64,000 nucleotides of DNA from the NCBI GenBank assembly GCA_002238785.1, contig MPNA01000007.1, forward strand, positions 15,583 to 79,582, read 5' to 3'. The notes below the pieces were generated by a model. That model was not told the origin of the DNA. It did not search any database and was given only the letters and a program-made list of their open reading frames with translations. A program made the translations under genes and the position numbers. The DNA is from a bacterium OM1 bin76. GTDB lineage: Bacteria > Actinomycetota > Acidimicrobiia > Spongiisociales > ZC4RG35. The number at the start of each line of letters is the position of its first letter. Within the stretch, counting starts at the first letter, position 1. Below, piece after piece: positions 16,694 to 27,724 of the stretch.

Positions 16694-17998
16694 ATGACCA
16701 GTTTGGAAACCATCGTCAACCTGTCCCGTCGCCGCGGGTTTGCTTTTCCATCCTCGGAGATATACGGCGGGCTGCGATCCGCCTACGACTACGGGCCGCT
16801 TGGGGTGGAACTGCTCCGCAACGTAAAGAACCAGTGGTGGCGTTCGATGGTGAACACCCGCCGGGACGTGGTGGGGATCGACTCGGCGGTGATTCAATCG
16901 CGCCGGGTGTGGCAGGCATCGGGGCACGAGTCGGTGTTCACCGACCCATTGGTGGAGTGTCGTCAATGTCATCAGCGATTCCGGCAGGACAAGCTGGCCC
17001 GACCCGAGCAGTGTCCCTCATGCGGGCGGCGTGACACCTTCACCGAGCCCCGCCATTTCAACCTCATGCTTCGCACCCACATGGGACCGGTGGAGACCGA
17101 GGAGAATCTGGTGTACCTGCGTCCCGAGACGGCCCAGGGGATATTCATCAACTTCGCCAATGTGCTGCGGGTCTCCCGCCGCAAGCTCCCGTTCGGAGTG
17201 GCGCAGATCGGCAAGTCGTTTCGCAACGAGATAACTCCCGGCCAGTTCGTTTTCAGGACCCGGGAATTCGAGCAGATGGAGATGGAGTGGTTCTGCCTGC
17301 CGTCGGAGGCCTCGCAGTGGTTCGAGTACTGGGTGGATGCCCGGCGTCGCTGGTATCTGGACCTGGGCATGAACCCGGAGAATCTTCGGATCCGACCCCA
17401 CGGCGACGACGAATTGTCCCACTATTCGAAGGAGACGGTGGATGTGGAGTACCGATTCTCCTGGGGATGGGACGAATTGGAGGGGATCGCCAACCGGACC
17501 GACTTCGACCTGCGACAACACTCCGAGCACTCCGGGCAGGACCTCAGCTATTTCGACCAGGCCACCGGAACGAAGGTGGTCCCCTACGTGATCGAACCGG
17601 CGGCAGGGGCCACCCGCACCACCTTCGCATTCTTGATCGACGCCTACCGCACAGAACAGGTCCGGGGCGCACAGCGGGTCGTCCTGGGACTGGACCCTCG
17701 TCTGGCGCCCTACCAGGTGGCGGTGCTGCCCCTCTCCCGAAAACCGGCATTGGTGGAGCCCTCCTCGCGAATCGCCGACGACCTGGGGGAACGGTTCTCG
17801 GTTGAATTCGACATCACGCAGTCGATCGGAAAGCGCTACCGGCGCCAAGACGAGATCGGCACTCCCCTGTGCGTCACCTTCGACTTCGCTTCACTGGAGG
17901 ACCAGGCGGTCACCGTCCGTGACCGGGACACCATGCAGCAGGACCGGGTGGGTGTGGATCGCCTGCGTGGGTACCTGGCAGAGAGGTTGAACGGATGA
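16694..17998 (+). CDS. glyQS: Glycine--tRNA ligase (alpha2 dimeric type)
   Basis: [34 protein letters not shown]... and [11 protein letters not shown]... are GlyRS class II motifs. 434 aa. Confidence 0.9.
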   Translation: MTSLETIVNLSRRRGFAFPSSEIYGGLRSAYDYGPLGVELLRNVKNQWWRSMVNTRRDVVGIDSAVIQSRRVWQASGHESVFTDPLVECRQCHQRFRQDKLARPEQCPSCGRRDTFTEPRHFNLMLRTHMGPVETEENLVYLRPETAQGIFINFANVLRVSRRKLPFGVAQIGKSFRNEITPGQFVFRTREFEQMEMEWFCLPSEASQWFEYWVDARRRWYLDLGMNPENLRIRPHGDDELSHYSKETVDVEYRFSWGWDELEGIANRTDFDLRQHSEHSGQDLSYFDQATGTKVVPYVIEPAAGATRTTFAFLIDAYRTEQVRGAQRVVLGLDPRLAPYQVAVLPLSRKPALVEPSSRIADDLGERFSVEFDITQSIGKRYRRQDEIGTPLCVTFDFASLEDQAVTVRDRDTMQQDRVGVDRLRGYLAERLNG

Positions 17999-18861
17999 CC
18001 CGCAAGATCCTGATCGCCGTCTGGGCTTTGCTGGCGCTGGCGGCGGCCGGTGGGGTGATCTGGTTCTACGTGGCTGGGAATGTTGGTGACCCCACCGAAG
18101 TGACCGCTCCGCCCATCACGGCCGACACTGCGACTGCAGCCGGGGAACAACCCTCATCGCCGACCACTTCCGAAGCGCCAGCGGCGACCACCACCGAGAG
18201 CCCGGCGCCTTCCACAACCGCGGCTTCTTCGGGAGCGGAGGATGACGAGGCCTCTGCCGACGGCGCCGACCAGAGCCCGGATCCCGAACCGCAGGAGGAA
18301 GCCGAAGCAGCCTCGGGGGAGACGGTGGAGTTGCAATTGACCGACGGAACCGAGGCTCGATTCCTGATCTACGAGGACCTTCGGGGGGAACCGTTCACGG
18401 TGGTGGGGGTTACCACCGAAGTGGTGGGCAGGATAAACGTGAACCGGGCCGACCTGGCCGCATCGCAGATGGGAGACATCCTCATCAACGCCCGGACCTT
18501 TGTCACCGACACCGGGAATCGGGATCGCGCCATCCGGGGCCCGATTCTCAACGCCGAGCAGTTCGAGTTCATCGTTTTCCGTCCGCATGCGATCATCGGC
18601 CTGTCGGGCGCCGCCGAACCAGGGGTTGAGTGGAGCTTCACCGTTGAGGGGGAACTCACGGTGCGAGACATCACCAAGCCGGTGACCTTCGACGTGGTCG
18701 CCCGCTTGGAAGACGGGGATGTGCTGGAAGGAGAGGCCTCGGCGACCGTGTTCCGGTCCGACTTCAATCTCTCCATTCCGTCGGTGCCGTTCGTGGCCAA
18801 TGTGGCGGACGAAATTGGCTTGGAATTGGACTTCATTGCCGGGCCGGTCGGGCTAGGATGA
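17995..18861 (+). CDS. YceI-like family protein with N-terminal TM helix and a Pro/Thr/Ala/Glu-rich linker
   Basis: C-terminal ~170 aa ([32 protein letters not shown]...[13 protein letters not shown]...[20 protein letters not shown]) has YceI-like beta-barrel signatures. Confidence 0.6.
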   Translation: MTRKILIAVWALLALAAAGGVIWFYVAGNVGDPTEVTAPPITADTATAAGEQPSSPTTSEAPAATTTESPAPSTTAASSGAEDDEASADGADQSPDPEPQEEAEAASGETVELQLTDGTEARFLIYEDLRGEPFTVVGVTTEVVGRINVNRADLAASQMGDILINARTFVTDTGNRDRAIRGPILNAEQFEFIVFRPHAIIGLSGAAEPGVEWSFTVEGELTVRDITKPVTFDVVARLEDGDVLEGEASATVFRSDFNLSIPSVPFVANVADEIGLELDFIAGPVGLG

Positions 18862-18928
18862 CGGTCACCTGAATGTATTGCCCAAGGCGGTGTGGGATTA
18901 GAGGCGGTCCGTAATCGGGGGTGAAGAA

Positions 18929-20734
18929 ATGAACAGGGGGGATGAAGACCGGGAGCGGGTCCGAGCGGCGGTCAACCTGGTGGAACAGTTCGCGACTGTG
19001 ACCAAAGTGAAGAAAACCGGGCGCAACCACATGGCCCTGTGTCCCTTCCATCAGGAGAAGACACCGTCGCTTTCCATCGATGCTGCGCGAGGCCTGTTCT
19101 ATTGCCACGGGTGTCACAAGGGAGGGGATGTCTTCACGCTGGTGCAGGAGACCCAGGGGATGTCCTTCCCGGAGGCGCTGCAGACCCTCGCCAGGCAGGC
19201 GGGCATCACGCTGAACTACAACCCGGTTGACGGCCGCAAAGCGGCTGAGCGGGAACGTCTGGTGGCTGCGATGCGCCGGGCGGTCGACTTCTACACCCAG
19301 CGGCTCCTCTCGGGACCGGACGCCGGCCCCGCCCGCGCCTACCTGCGGTCCCGCGGTTATGACCGGGGACTGATCGAGAAGTTCGGCTTGGGGTTCTCCC
19401 CGCTGGGCGAGCCGTCGCTTCGGACAGAATTGCGGTCGGCGGGTTTTTCGGATGCGGTGATGGAGAGGGCCGGTCTGGTCATCAACCGGGGAGGGGATGG
19501 ATCCCGGGACCGCTTCTGGGGTCGTATCATGTTCCCGATACACGACCTGAAGGGCGACCCGGTGGGGTTCGGAGCCCGGTTGCTGAAGGGAACCGGCCCC
19601 AAATACCTCAACTCGCCGGACACCGCGCTGTATCACAAGTCCCGGTTGCTGTACGGATTGCACATGGCGCGGCGGGAGATCAGCCGGGAGGACCGGGCGG
19701 TGGTGGTGGAGGGATACACCGATGTCATCGCTCTCCACCAGGCGGGAATGGAGTCGGCGGTGGCCACCTGTGGCACCGCCCTGGGAGAGGACCACCTGGA
19801 GATGCTGGGCAGGTTGGGCGAGCAGATCGTGCTGGCATTCGACGCCGACCAGGCGGGGACCCAGGCGGTGCTCCGGGGCGAGCGGGTCAGCCGGCGCAGT
19901 GGACGCCGGTTGGACATGCGAGTGGCCGAACTGCCCGATGGGAAGGATCCGGCCGACCTCCTGCAGGATGGTCGCCTGGATGAGCTTCGCAAGGCGGTGG
20001 ATGATGCCCGCCCGGCGCTGGCATACCGGATAGAGCGGCGCCTGCGGGGAGTGGACCTCACCGACCCCGAGTCACGCGCTCGGGCGGTGAACGAGTTGGG
20101 GGCCCTGGTGGCGGCGGTGAGTGATCGGACCACCAGGGGCGACTACGAACAGACACTATCAAGGAGGACGGGAGTGGGCATAGAAGAGATACGAGCCGTG
20201 GTTTCCAGGGCGAAGGGACGACCGACGCAGACTCGCACCGAGAGTCGCCAGAGTCCCCCTCGGCCACCGAGGAGATCCACCCGCCGGGGATCCCCGGCGG
20301 AGCGGGAGCTTCTGAGGGCGGTGCTGTTGAACCATCCCGGTCTGCGGGAACTGGAAGTGGACAGCAACCTGTTTTGTGAAGGCCTGTATCGGCGGGCCTT
20401 CGAAGCCATCGAAGCCGACTGGAGGGCCACCCCCATGGGGAGGCGTACTCCCATCGCATGGCAACAAGAGCAGGCCGGGGAGGAGTCCCGCCGGCGCTCT
20501 CCGTCGGATGAGGTGACCATGGCGTTGCTGGAGATCTCCTCCGATCCGTCGGAGCCGGGCGATCCCCGTCCCATGGTCATCAGGTGCCGGCGGGAGGCGC
20601 TCGGCAGGGAGCGAAGCATGATCGACGCCCGAATGAGGGCGTTGGCCGCCGACGATCCTCAGCGGCCCCGCCTCCTCAATCAGATCGTGCAACTGGATCG
20701 CCGTCGCCAGGAACTTGCCGGAGATCTGCCGTGA
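18929..20734 (+). CDS. dnaG: DNA primase
   Basis: Zn-ribbon CPFHQEKTPSLSIDAARGLFYCHGCHKGGD, RNA polymerase core and TOPRIM (VVEGYTDVIALHQAG, AFDADQAG) domains. 601 aa. Confidence 0.9.
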   Translation: MNRGDEDRERVRAAVNLVEQFATVTKVKKTGRNHMALCPFHQEKTPSLSIDAARGLFYCHGCHKGGDVFTLVQETQGMSFPEALQTLARQAGITLNYNPVDGRKAAERERLVAAMRRAVDFYTQRLLSGPDAGPARAYLRSRGYDRGLIEKFGLGFSPLGEPSLRTELRSAGFSDAVMERAGLVINRGGDGSRDRFWGRIMFPIHDLKGDPVGFGARLLKGTGPKYLNSPDTALYHKSRLLYGLHMARREISREDRAVVVEGYTDVIALHQAGMESAVATCGTALGEDHLEMLGRLGEQIVLAFDADQAGTQAVLRGERVSRRSGRRLDMRVAELPDGKDPADLLQDGRLDELRKAVDDARPALAYRIERRLRGVDLTDPESRARAVNELGALVAAVSDRTTRGDYEQTLSRRTGVGIEEIRAVVSRAKGRPTQTRTESRQSPPRPPRRSTRRGSPAERELLRAVLLNHPGLRELEVDSNLFCEGLYRRAFEAIEADWRATPMGRRTPIAWQQEQAGEESRRRSPSDEVTMALLEISSDPSEPGDPRPMVIRCRREALGRERSMIDARMRALAADDPQRPRLLNQIVQLDRRRQELAGDLP

Positions 20735-21894
20735 CGAGAGGGGGAGAGGGTTTCGATCAGCGGGTGGGGATGATTGTGCGCCGGGGCCGGCAGCGGGGGT
20801 TCGTCACCACATCGGAACTGATGGCGGACCTGGACAGCCTGGACGACGCGGCGGCCGACGAGGGGAAGAGATGGGAGGATCTGATGGCTCGGCTGGGGGA
20901 GGAGGGCATCGAGGTGATCGAGGAGGTGGCGGAGGTCGAGAAGCAACTGGGCCGCCAGGGCTCGGGTAGATCTTCGAAGCTGTCCAATCCGGTCAGCCTT
21001 TACCTGAAGGAGATCGGACGGTATCCACTGCTCAAGCCCGAGCAGGAGGTGGAGTTGGCCGTGCAGATCGAAAGTGGCGTGTTGGCCCGGGAAGCTCTGC
21101 AGAGAGAAGGGTTGTCACGACGGGACCGCAGGGAGATGAGAAGGCGGGTTGCCCGGGGTGAGAAGGCCTACAACACCCTGGTGGAGTCGAATCTGCGGCT
21201 GGTGGTCTCTATCGCTCGCAAGACCTTCGGATCGATGAACGGGGCGACCCTGCTGGACCTGATCCAGGAGGGAAACATGGGCCTGATGAAGGCTGCGGAG
21301 CGTTTTGATCATCGGCGGGGGTTCCGTTTCTCCACCTACGCCGGCTGGTGGATCAGACAACCCATGATCAAGATGTTTGCGGAACAGTCACGGGCCATCC
21401 GGCTGCCTGCCCATCTGGCCGCCATGGTCCCGGTGCTCAAGGAGACCCAGAGGGAACTCACCCAGCAGGAGGGCCGGCCGCCCACCAATGCCGAGTTGGC
21501 GGCCCGGCTGGAGATCGACCCCGCCCAAGTGGAGCGGATGGTGAGGATCACCCAACGCACCGTGTCGCTCCAAGACCCGGTGGGGTCGGAGGAAGACGGG
21601 ACGACGGTGGGAGACATGGTCGAGGACCTGACCGCCCAGGATCCCTTCGATGCGGCCACCCTGGCGTTTCTTCAGAGGCACCTGGCCCACGTGCTGAAGA
21701 ATCTCCGCGGGCGTGAGCAGGAGATCCTGCGGCTGCGATTCGGTTTGGAGGACGGCAGGGTGTGGACGCTTGGGGAACTCTCCCGAAAATTCCGGGTCAC
21801 CAAGGAGAGGATCCGGCAGATGGAGAGAAAGGCGCTGTCCAAGATCCGCCACCAGCGCCTGACCAGGAGCCTGATGGAGTACCTGGAGGACTAG
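20731..21894 (+). CDS. RNA polymerase sigma-70 family factor (RpoD/SigA-like, regions 1.2-4 present)
   Basis: ESNLRLVVSIARK (region 2.2), MGLMKAAERFDHRRGFRFSTYAGWWIRQ (2.3/2.4), region 4 HTH LGELSRKFRVTKERIRQMERKALSKIR. GTG 20731 overlaps the dnaG stop (GTGA). ATG 20773 is an alternative start. Confidence 0.85.
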   Translation: MTRGGEGFDQRVGMIVRRGRQRGFVTTSELMADLDSLDDAAADEGKRWEDLMARLGEEGIEVIEEVAEVEKQLGRQGSGRSSKLSNPVSLYLKEIGRYPLLKPEQEVELAVQIESGVLAREALQREGLSRRDRREMRRRVARGEKAYNTLVESNLRLVVSIARKTFGSMNGATLLDLIQEGNMGLMKAAERFDHRRGFRFSTYAGWWIRQPMIKMFAEQSRAIRLPAHLAAMVPVLKETQRELTQQEGRPPTNAELAARLEIDPAQVERMVRITQRTVSLQDPVGSEEDGTTVGDMVEDLTAQDPFDAATLAFLQRHLAHVLKNLRGREQEILRLRFGLEDGRVWTLGELSRKFRVTKERIRQMERKALSKIRHQRLTRSLMEYLED

Positions 21895-22388
21895 CCGCAA
21901 GCAGGGACTGGACGCCCTATGCAGGGGACTCGGGGAGGATCGAGGTGGCTAAAAAAGATGGCAAAGCCGCGAAACATCACCACTCCTGAGGAGGGTCTCT
22001 CTCCTTGATTTCGACCCATGATGGGAAGACGACACGAAAAAGCCACCGGTCCGGACACCGAGCTCACCGACCGAAGGTTCCAGAGGGCGACAAAGGCCAA
22101 AGAGGCGAAGGCCATTCCTTTCGTGATGGGACTTCGCCCGTTCCACGATGGCGGCGGTGGCGGGGGTGGGCTCCCATGAATGGAGGCGAATTTTCGCGAG
22201 TTAGGTGTGGTTGTGTCTTGAAATGGCGCGGGAGGAGCCTGTTCGTCTTCTTGCCCATTTCAGGGCTTTGAGGCAACCTGCCCGCAGGAGGAAGGCGAGT
22301 GCCGCCAGCGACTTGTTGCCTCGGTCGGGTTTAGGCCAGCGCGAACGCGGGCTGTTTAGAGTCGAAAACCCTTTGTTTGGTTGGTCTG

Positions 22389-23646
22389 CTATCGGATCCA
22401 GTAGGCGTCTTCGCCGTGCTGGGCGATGTCCAGGCCGATGATCTCGTCCTCGGCGCTGGCTCGCAGGCCGATGGTCTTGTCGAGGATCTTGGCCAGGATC
22501 CAGGTGGCGCAGAAACTGAATACAACCACGGCCAGCACAGCCACTATCTGCTTGCCGAAGAAGGCGGCGCCGCCGTAGATGAGGCCGTTGAATTCGCCGT
22601 AGGCGGTGGATGAGAACACCCCGGTGAGAACCGAGCCGATGATGCCGCCCACCATGTGGATTGCCACCACGTCCAGGGAGTCGTCGTAGCCGAACCTCTC
22701 CTTGAGCCCAACCACCAGGGAACACACGTAACCGGCTGCCACGCCGATCACGATGGCGGCCGAAGGGCTGACGAACCCCGCTGCCGGGGTGATGGCGACC
22801 AGTCCCGCCACCGCTCCCGACACCAAACCCAGCAGGGTGGGACGGCGATGGCGCACCCAGTCGGAGACCATCCATCCGAACGCTCCGAGGGCAGCGCCCA
22901 CCTGCGTATTGAGGAGGGCGGTGATGGCGGCTCCATCGGCGGCCAGTGCCGAACCGGCGTTGAAACCGAACCACCCGAACCAGAGGATGCCGGTCCCTAT
23001 CAGAGTGATCGGAAGCGAATGCGGGGGATGCTCGACGCCGAAGTCCTGCCGGGGTCCCAACACTCTGATCAGCGCCAGAGCGGCGATCCCGGAGTTGATG
23101 TGGATCACATATCCGCCGGCGAAGTCCCGGGCGCCCCAGGAGAACAGGAGGCCGTCAGCGGCGAAGCCCCAGTGGGCCACCACCGGATAGATCAGAAGAG
23201 ACCACAGGGCTGCGAAGACCACCCAGGAAGCGAACTTCATTCTCCCGGCCACCGCGCCGGCAATCAGGGCGGGAGTGATGATGGCGAACATCATCTGGAA
23301 CGAGGCGAAAAGCGTCTCGTCGCTACCCAGGCCGTCCAATCCGGCTTTGCTGACGGCTCCGCTGAGAGGAGGACAGAGCCGCTGCCCCCCCCCCCGGCCC
23401 CCCCACCCGGGCTTCGGTGAGCCCCCCAAGGAGACCACGCCCGCCCGCCGAGGCGCCGAAGGCCAGCGAGAACCCGACGATCACCCAGATCACGGTGGCG
23501 ATGGGGATGGTGACGATGTTCATCATCAGCATGTTGACAACGTTCTTGGTGTTCACCATTCCGCCGTAAAAGAGCGCCAGTCCCGGCACCATGAACAGCA
23601 CCAAGGCGGAAGCGGTGATCATCCATGCAATGTCTCCAGTTCCCAA
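22389..23646 (-). pseudogene. amt: Ammonium transporter Amt, reading frame broken inside a C11-GG-C7 homopolymer tract (genuine frameshift/phase switch or sequencing artefact)
   Basis: The N-terminal 107-aa ORF (23323..23646) has Amt TM1-2: DIAWMITASALVLFMVPGLALFYGGMV. The C-terminal ORF (22389..23438) has FQMMFAIITPALIAGAVAGRMKFASWV...DFAGGYVIHINSG... The two frames meet at the poly-C run at 23385-23404. No glnK/glnB follows. Confidence 0.8.
23385..23404. repeat. Homopolymeric tract: 11 C, GG, 7 C (plus strand), inside amt
   Basis: Read directly: gctgCCCCCCCCCCCggCCCCCCCaccc. Confidence 0.9.
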
Positions 23647-23819
23647 AACGAATCCTTTCTCTTACGGATTGTGGTGATGCTGTCGGCGAAAGAAACCGTT
23701 CTTTCCACCGGGACTACTCACCCCTGACATGTGATGATAACTGTCGACATGGGCCCGTCCGGATAATCCGGCGCCACCGTCGGGGTGAAAGGGGGTGGGT
23801 TTCTCGCCGTGGCGGCGCC

Positions 23820-24773
23820 TCAGCCGCTGGAGAGTTCCTCGATCAGCCGGGGCATGACCTTGTGGACATCCCCTACGATCCCCAGGTCGGCGATGGTGAA
23901 GATAGGCGCATCGGGATCCTTGTTGATGGCGATGATGGTCTTGGCGTCCTTCATACCCACCAGGTGCTGCATGGCTCCGGAGATGCCGCAGGCAATGTAC
24001 ACGTCGGGTTTGACGGTCTTACCGGTCTGTCCCACCTGCTTGGCGTAGGGAACCCATCCGGCGTCCACAATGGCGCGGGTGGCTCCAGTGGCGGCGTCCA
24101 GAGGGGCGGCCACGCCCTCCACCAATGAATAGTGCTCCGCCGCTCCCAAACCGCGGCCGCCGGAGATGATCACCGCGGCTTCCTCCAGGTCCGGTCCCTT
24201 GCGCTGCCGCACATGGCGTTCTGTGACCACTGCGTTGGACTCGCCGACCTCCGGCAGGTCGAGGGTTATCACTTGCGGTGGGGGTCCGGCGACCGGTTCG
24301 GCAGGAAAAGACTTGGGGCGCACGATCACCAGGTGCGGACCGGGAGATGAGAAGACCGCCTCGGCAATCTCCGAGCCTCCCGAGATCTCGTGGCGGGAGC
24401 CCACTGCACCGCTGCGGTCCAAGGTCACGTCCACCGCATTGGACAGGACCGGCAGGCCCATGCGGGCTGCCAGGCGACCAGCCACGTCGCGGTCGGTGTA
24501 GGCCTGGCCGAAGAGAATCAGATGGGGAGCATGCTCGGCAGCCAGGGTCGCGGTGGCTGCTGCCACCGGCGCCGCGGCCAGCATGTCGCCGGGGTCGAAG
24601 TGGAAGACCCGGGCTGCTCCATGCTCTCCCAGGGTCTGCCAGGCTTGCGGGGACCCCGAACCCGCGTACAGGACGGTGGCGGACCCGAGTTGCCGGGCCT
24701 TGCTCAGCAATTCCAATCCGAGAGTGGAAGGGCCGCCGTCGGTCTCCTCGCAAAATGTCCAGACTTCGGCCAT
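23820..24773 (-). CDS. etfA: Electron transfer flavoprotein alpha subunit
   Basis: 317 aa. FAD-binding C-terminal domain [53 protein letters not shown]. Confidence 0.9.
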   Translation of the reverse strand: MAEVWTFCEETDGGPSTLGLELLSKARQLGSATVLYAGSGSPQAWQTLGEHGAARVFHFDPGDMLAAAPVAAATATLAAEHAPHLILFGQAYTDRDVAGRLAARMGLPVLSNAVDVTLDRSGAVGSRHEISGGSEIAEAVFSSPGPHLVIVRPKSFPAEPVAGPPPQVITLDLPEVGESNAVVTERHVRQRKGPDLEEAAVIISGGRGLGAAEHYSLVEGVAAPLDAATGATRAIVDAGWVPYAKQVGQTGKTVKPDVYIACGISGAMQHLVGMKDAKTIIAINKDPDAPIFTIADLGIVGDVHKVMPRLIEELSSG

Positions 24774-24775
24774 GG

Positions 24776-25534
24776 CTATATGACCTTCACTTCCCGTAGC
24801 TTCTCCACGATCAACAGGTGGCCCTCTCCCTCGTCTTCTGCTATCACTCCGGCTTCTCTCTCCGGCGCCGGCGAGACAGCTACCACTTCCTGGCCGATGG
24901 AGATCGAGATTCCCAGGTCGTCGGCGCTCAGCGTCTCGGTGGGCTTGCGCTTGGCCTGCATGATCCCGCGGAAAGTGGGGTAGCGAGGCTCCACCACTCC
25001 GGCGGTCACCGACACCACCGCCGGAAGACCGGAGACCACCACGTCATAGCCGGCGCTGGTCTGGCGGTGGATGGTCACCTGATCGTCTGCAACCTCCACG
25101 CTGGTGGCGTAGGTCATGGCCGCCACCGAGAGCAACTCGGCCATCATCTGGGGAACCACACCGGAGTACCCGTCGGTGGACTCGGTTCCGCAGATGACCA
25201 GGTCGAATCCGGTGTGCCGGGCCGCGGCCGCCAGGATCCGGGCGGTGGTCAGCGCGTCGGCGCCTTCCAGAGCCTCGTCCTCGACCATCACCGCCTGGTC
25301 GGCGCCCATCGCCAAGGCTTGGCGAATGCCCTGGGCACGGCCCACCGGGCCCATGGACAGCAGGGTGACCGTCCCTCCACTCGCCTCGGCCAGGCGCAAC
25401 CCCATCTCCACGCCGTACCGGTCCGTGTCGTCGAGGATCTGGTCCTCGGTACGGACCAGTCGATGGGTGACCGGGTCGAATCGAGAGGGATTGGCAGGAT
25501 CGGGAATCTGCTTGACGCACACCAATATCCGCAT
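24776..25534 (-). CDS. etfB: Electron transfer flavoprotein beta subunit
   Basis: 252 aa: [13 protein letters not shown]...[12 protein letters not shown]...[12 protein letters not shown]... Confidence 0.9.
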   Translation of the reverse strand: MRILVCVKQIPDPANPSRFDPVTHRLVRTEDQILDDTDRYGVEMGLRLAEASGGTVTLLSMGPVGRAQGIRQALAMGADQAVMVEDEALEGADALTTARILAAAARHTGFDLVICGTESTDGYSGVVPQMMAELLSVAAMTYATSVEVADDQVTIHRQTSAGYDVVVSGLPAVVSVTAGVVEPRYPTFRGIMQAKRKPTETLSADDLGISISIGQEVVAVSPAPEREAGVIAEDEGEGHLLIVEKLREVKVI

Positions 25535-25566
25535 GAGAAAGCCCAGTTTACCGTCCTCGAACTTGA

Positions 25567-26391
25567 CTAAATCCGGGGCAGGAGGGCCGAGAGCAGCCGC
25601 CTGAAGTCCTCTTTTACGAGATTGGCGGTGGCCGTCACGTCCTCGTGGGTGAGCCGGTGGGTGGCGATGCCGGCGGCCAGGTTGGTGACCACCGAGAGTC
25701 CGATGATGTTCCGTCCCATGTGCCGGGCACAGATCACTTCGGGAACCGTGGACATCCCCACCAGGTCGGCGCCCAACCGGCGGGCCATCTCCACCTCGGC
25801 GGGCGTCTCGAAAGTCGGCCCCAGGAACCAGGCGTACACGCCTTCGGAGAGGGCGATGTCCTGTTCGGCGGCGACTTCCAGGGCCAGGCGCCGCAGTCCC
25901 GGCGTGTAGGTGTCCGACATGTCGGGGAACCGGGTCCCCAACCGGTCATCGTTGGGACCCATCAGGGGATTGATCCCCGCCAGGTTGATGTGGTCTGCTA
26001 TCAGGACAATGGATCCGGCCGTCATCCCGTCTCCGCATCCCCCCGCCGCATTGGTGACCACCAGGGTGTGGCAACCGGCCGCCAGGCATGCCTTCACCGC
26101 AAAAGTCAGCACGTCGGGGTTGTATCCCTCGTAGGCATGGACCCGCCCCGACAGGAGCAACACCCGGTTGTCCCCGAAGGTGGTCGAATAGAGAGTGCCG
26201 GCATGGCCCTTCACGGCCGGAACCGGAAACCCGGGGATCTGCGGGTAGGGGATGGCGGTCGACTCCTGCAGATGCTCGGGGAAGTCTCCCGACGCCGAGC
26301 CGAGCACCACCACCACGTCATGGCGGGCGTGTCCGGTGGCCTCGGCTATGGCCTGAGCCGCCGTTTGGAGTCTGTCGTAAAGATCGGTCAT
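25567..26391 (-). CDS. punA: Purine nucleoside phosphorylase (PNP/MTAP family 1)
   Basis: VVVVLGSASGDF..., LLLSGRVHAYEGY..., VTNAAGGC..., MSTVPEV... 274 aa. Confidence 0.85.
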   Translation of the reverse strand: MTDLYDRLQTAAQAIAEATGHARHDVVVVLGSASGDFPEHLQESTAIPYPQIPGFPVPAVKGHAGTLYSTTFGDNRVLLLSGRVHAYEGYNPDVLTFAVKACLAAGCHTLVVTNAAGGCGDGMTAGSIVLIADHINLAGINPLMGPNDDRLGTRFPDMSDTYTPGLRRLALEVAAEQDIALSEGVYAWFLGPTFETPAEVEMARRLGADLVGMSTVPEVICARHMGRNIIGLSVVTNLAAGIATHRLTHEDVTATANLVKEDFRRLLSALLPRI

Positions 26392-26398
26392 GGCAACC

Positions 26399-27724
26399 TC
26401 AATCCATCTCGCTGCTTCGAATTCTCTCTCCCATCAGAGGAACAGGTTCCGGTGGTTCGTCCCCGATCGACCATGCTCCCGCCAGCAGGCCCCGCACCGA
26501 CTGCCATCTGCTCTGCTCTCGATAGGCGACCTCGGCCAGGGCCTGGCCTCTCTCCACCCGATCACCCGGTTTGGCCAGGATGGTGACCCCCACCCCCGGA
26601 TCGATGGAGTCCTCCTTTCGCTCCCGGCCCGCCCCCAACCGGGTGGCGGCCACCCCCACCGTCAGGGCATGACATCCGGTGACCCATCCCGGCGCCGGGG
26701 CGACCACCTCGGCGCGCCGTGGGGCCAGGGGGAGGATGGAGGGATTCTCCACCACCCGGGGATCCCCGCCCTGGGCTTCCACCACCTTCTCGAAGACCGC
26801 CAGCGCCTCACCGGACCTGACCGCCTCGGTCAGCATCGACCGGGCCCGTGGTTCGTCGGGCGCCCGGTCGGCCAGCAGAAGCATCTCGGCGCCCAGGGCC
26901 AGGACGACCTCCCACAGGTCCCCGGGTCCCTCGCCCCGAAGGACTGCGATGGACTCCTTGATCTCCGAGGCATTGCCCACCTGCCTTCCCAGGGGAGACT
27001 CCATGGTGGTGAGGAAGGCGGTGGTCCTCACCCCATGGGCCTTGCCCAGTCCCACCATGGTGGCGGCGAGTTCCCGGGCCCGGGCCGGGTCGGGCATGAA
27101 CGCTCCGGCGCCGGTCTTGACATCCAGCACCAAGCCGTCCAGGTCTTCGGCCAGTTTCTTGGACATGATGGAAGATGCGATCAGGGGAAGGGAGGGGACG
27201 GTGCCGGTGGCATCCCTCAGGGCGTAGAGCTTGGCGTCGGCGGGCGCCAGGTTCTCCGACTGGCCGCCGTAGACCATGCCATGGGACCGCAGCACCTCCA
27301 TGAATTGCTCGGAGCTCAGAGAAGTGCTCAGCCCGGGAATGGCTTCCAGCTTGTCCCGGGTACCGCCGGTGTGACCCAGTCCCCGTCCGGTCAGGGTGGG
27401 AGCCAGCACGCCGCAGGCCCTGACCATGGGAAGGAGAGGGATGGTCACCTTGTCGCCCACCCCGCCGGTGGAATGCTTGTCCACCTTGGGACCTTCCAGC
27501 CCCGACAGGTCCAGGGTCTCACCCGAGTGCAGCATGGCGTCGGTCCACGTCGCCAGTTCCTGGTGATCAAGACCCCGCAGGTACACCGCCATGGCCATCG
27601 CCGCCATCTGGTAGTCGGTCACCTCACCAGAGGTGAAGGCCGAGATGAGCCACCTTATCTGGTCCGAACTCAGCTCCAGGCCGTCCCGTTTGCGTTCTAT
27701 CAGTTCCACTGCGGTGTAGTTCAT
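26399..27724 (-). CDS. deoA: Thymidine / pyrimidine-nucleoside phosphorylase
   Basis: 441 aa: ...DKHSTGGVGDKVTIPLLPMVRACG...TGRGLGHTGGTRDKLEAIPG..., a glycosyl-transferase family 3 signature. Confidence 0.9.
   Translation of the reverse strand: MNYTAVELIERKRDGLELSSDQIRWLISAFTSGEVTDYQMAAMAMAVYLRGLDHQELATWTDAMLHSGETLDLSGLEGPKVDKHSTGGVGDKVTIPLLPMVRACGVLAPTLTGRGLGHTGGTRDKLEAIPGLSTSLSSEQFMEVLRSHGMVYGGQSENLAPADAKLYALRDATGTVPSLPLIASSIMSKKLAEDLDGLVLDVKTGAGAFMPDPARARELAATMVGLGKAHGVRTTAFLTTMESPLGRQVGNASEIKESIAVLRGEGPGDLWEVVLALGAEMLLLADRAPDEPRARSMLTEAVRSGEALAVFEKVVEAQGGDPRVVENPSILPLAPRRAEVVAPAPGWVTGCHALTVGVAATRLGAGRERKEDSIDPGVGVTILAKPGDRVERGQALAEVAYREQSRWQSVRGLLAGAWSIGDEPPEPVPLMGERIRSSEMD

Noticed and set aside
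22005-22271. Small ORFs downstream of the sigma factor gene (88-aa Arg/Gly-rich frame; alternative 52-aa frame MMGRRHEKATGPDTELTDRRF...GGGGGGGLP)
   Set aside because: Neither frame has a recognisable motif or a convincing RBS. A weak resemblance to actinobacterial DUF3073-type small proteins could not be supported. Left unannotated.
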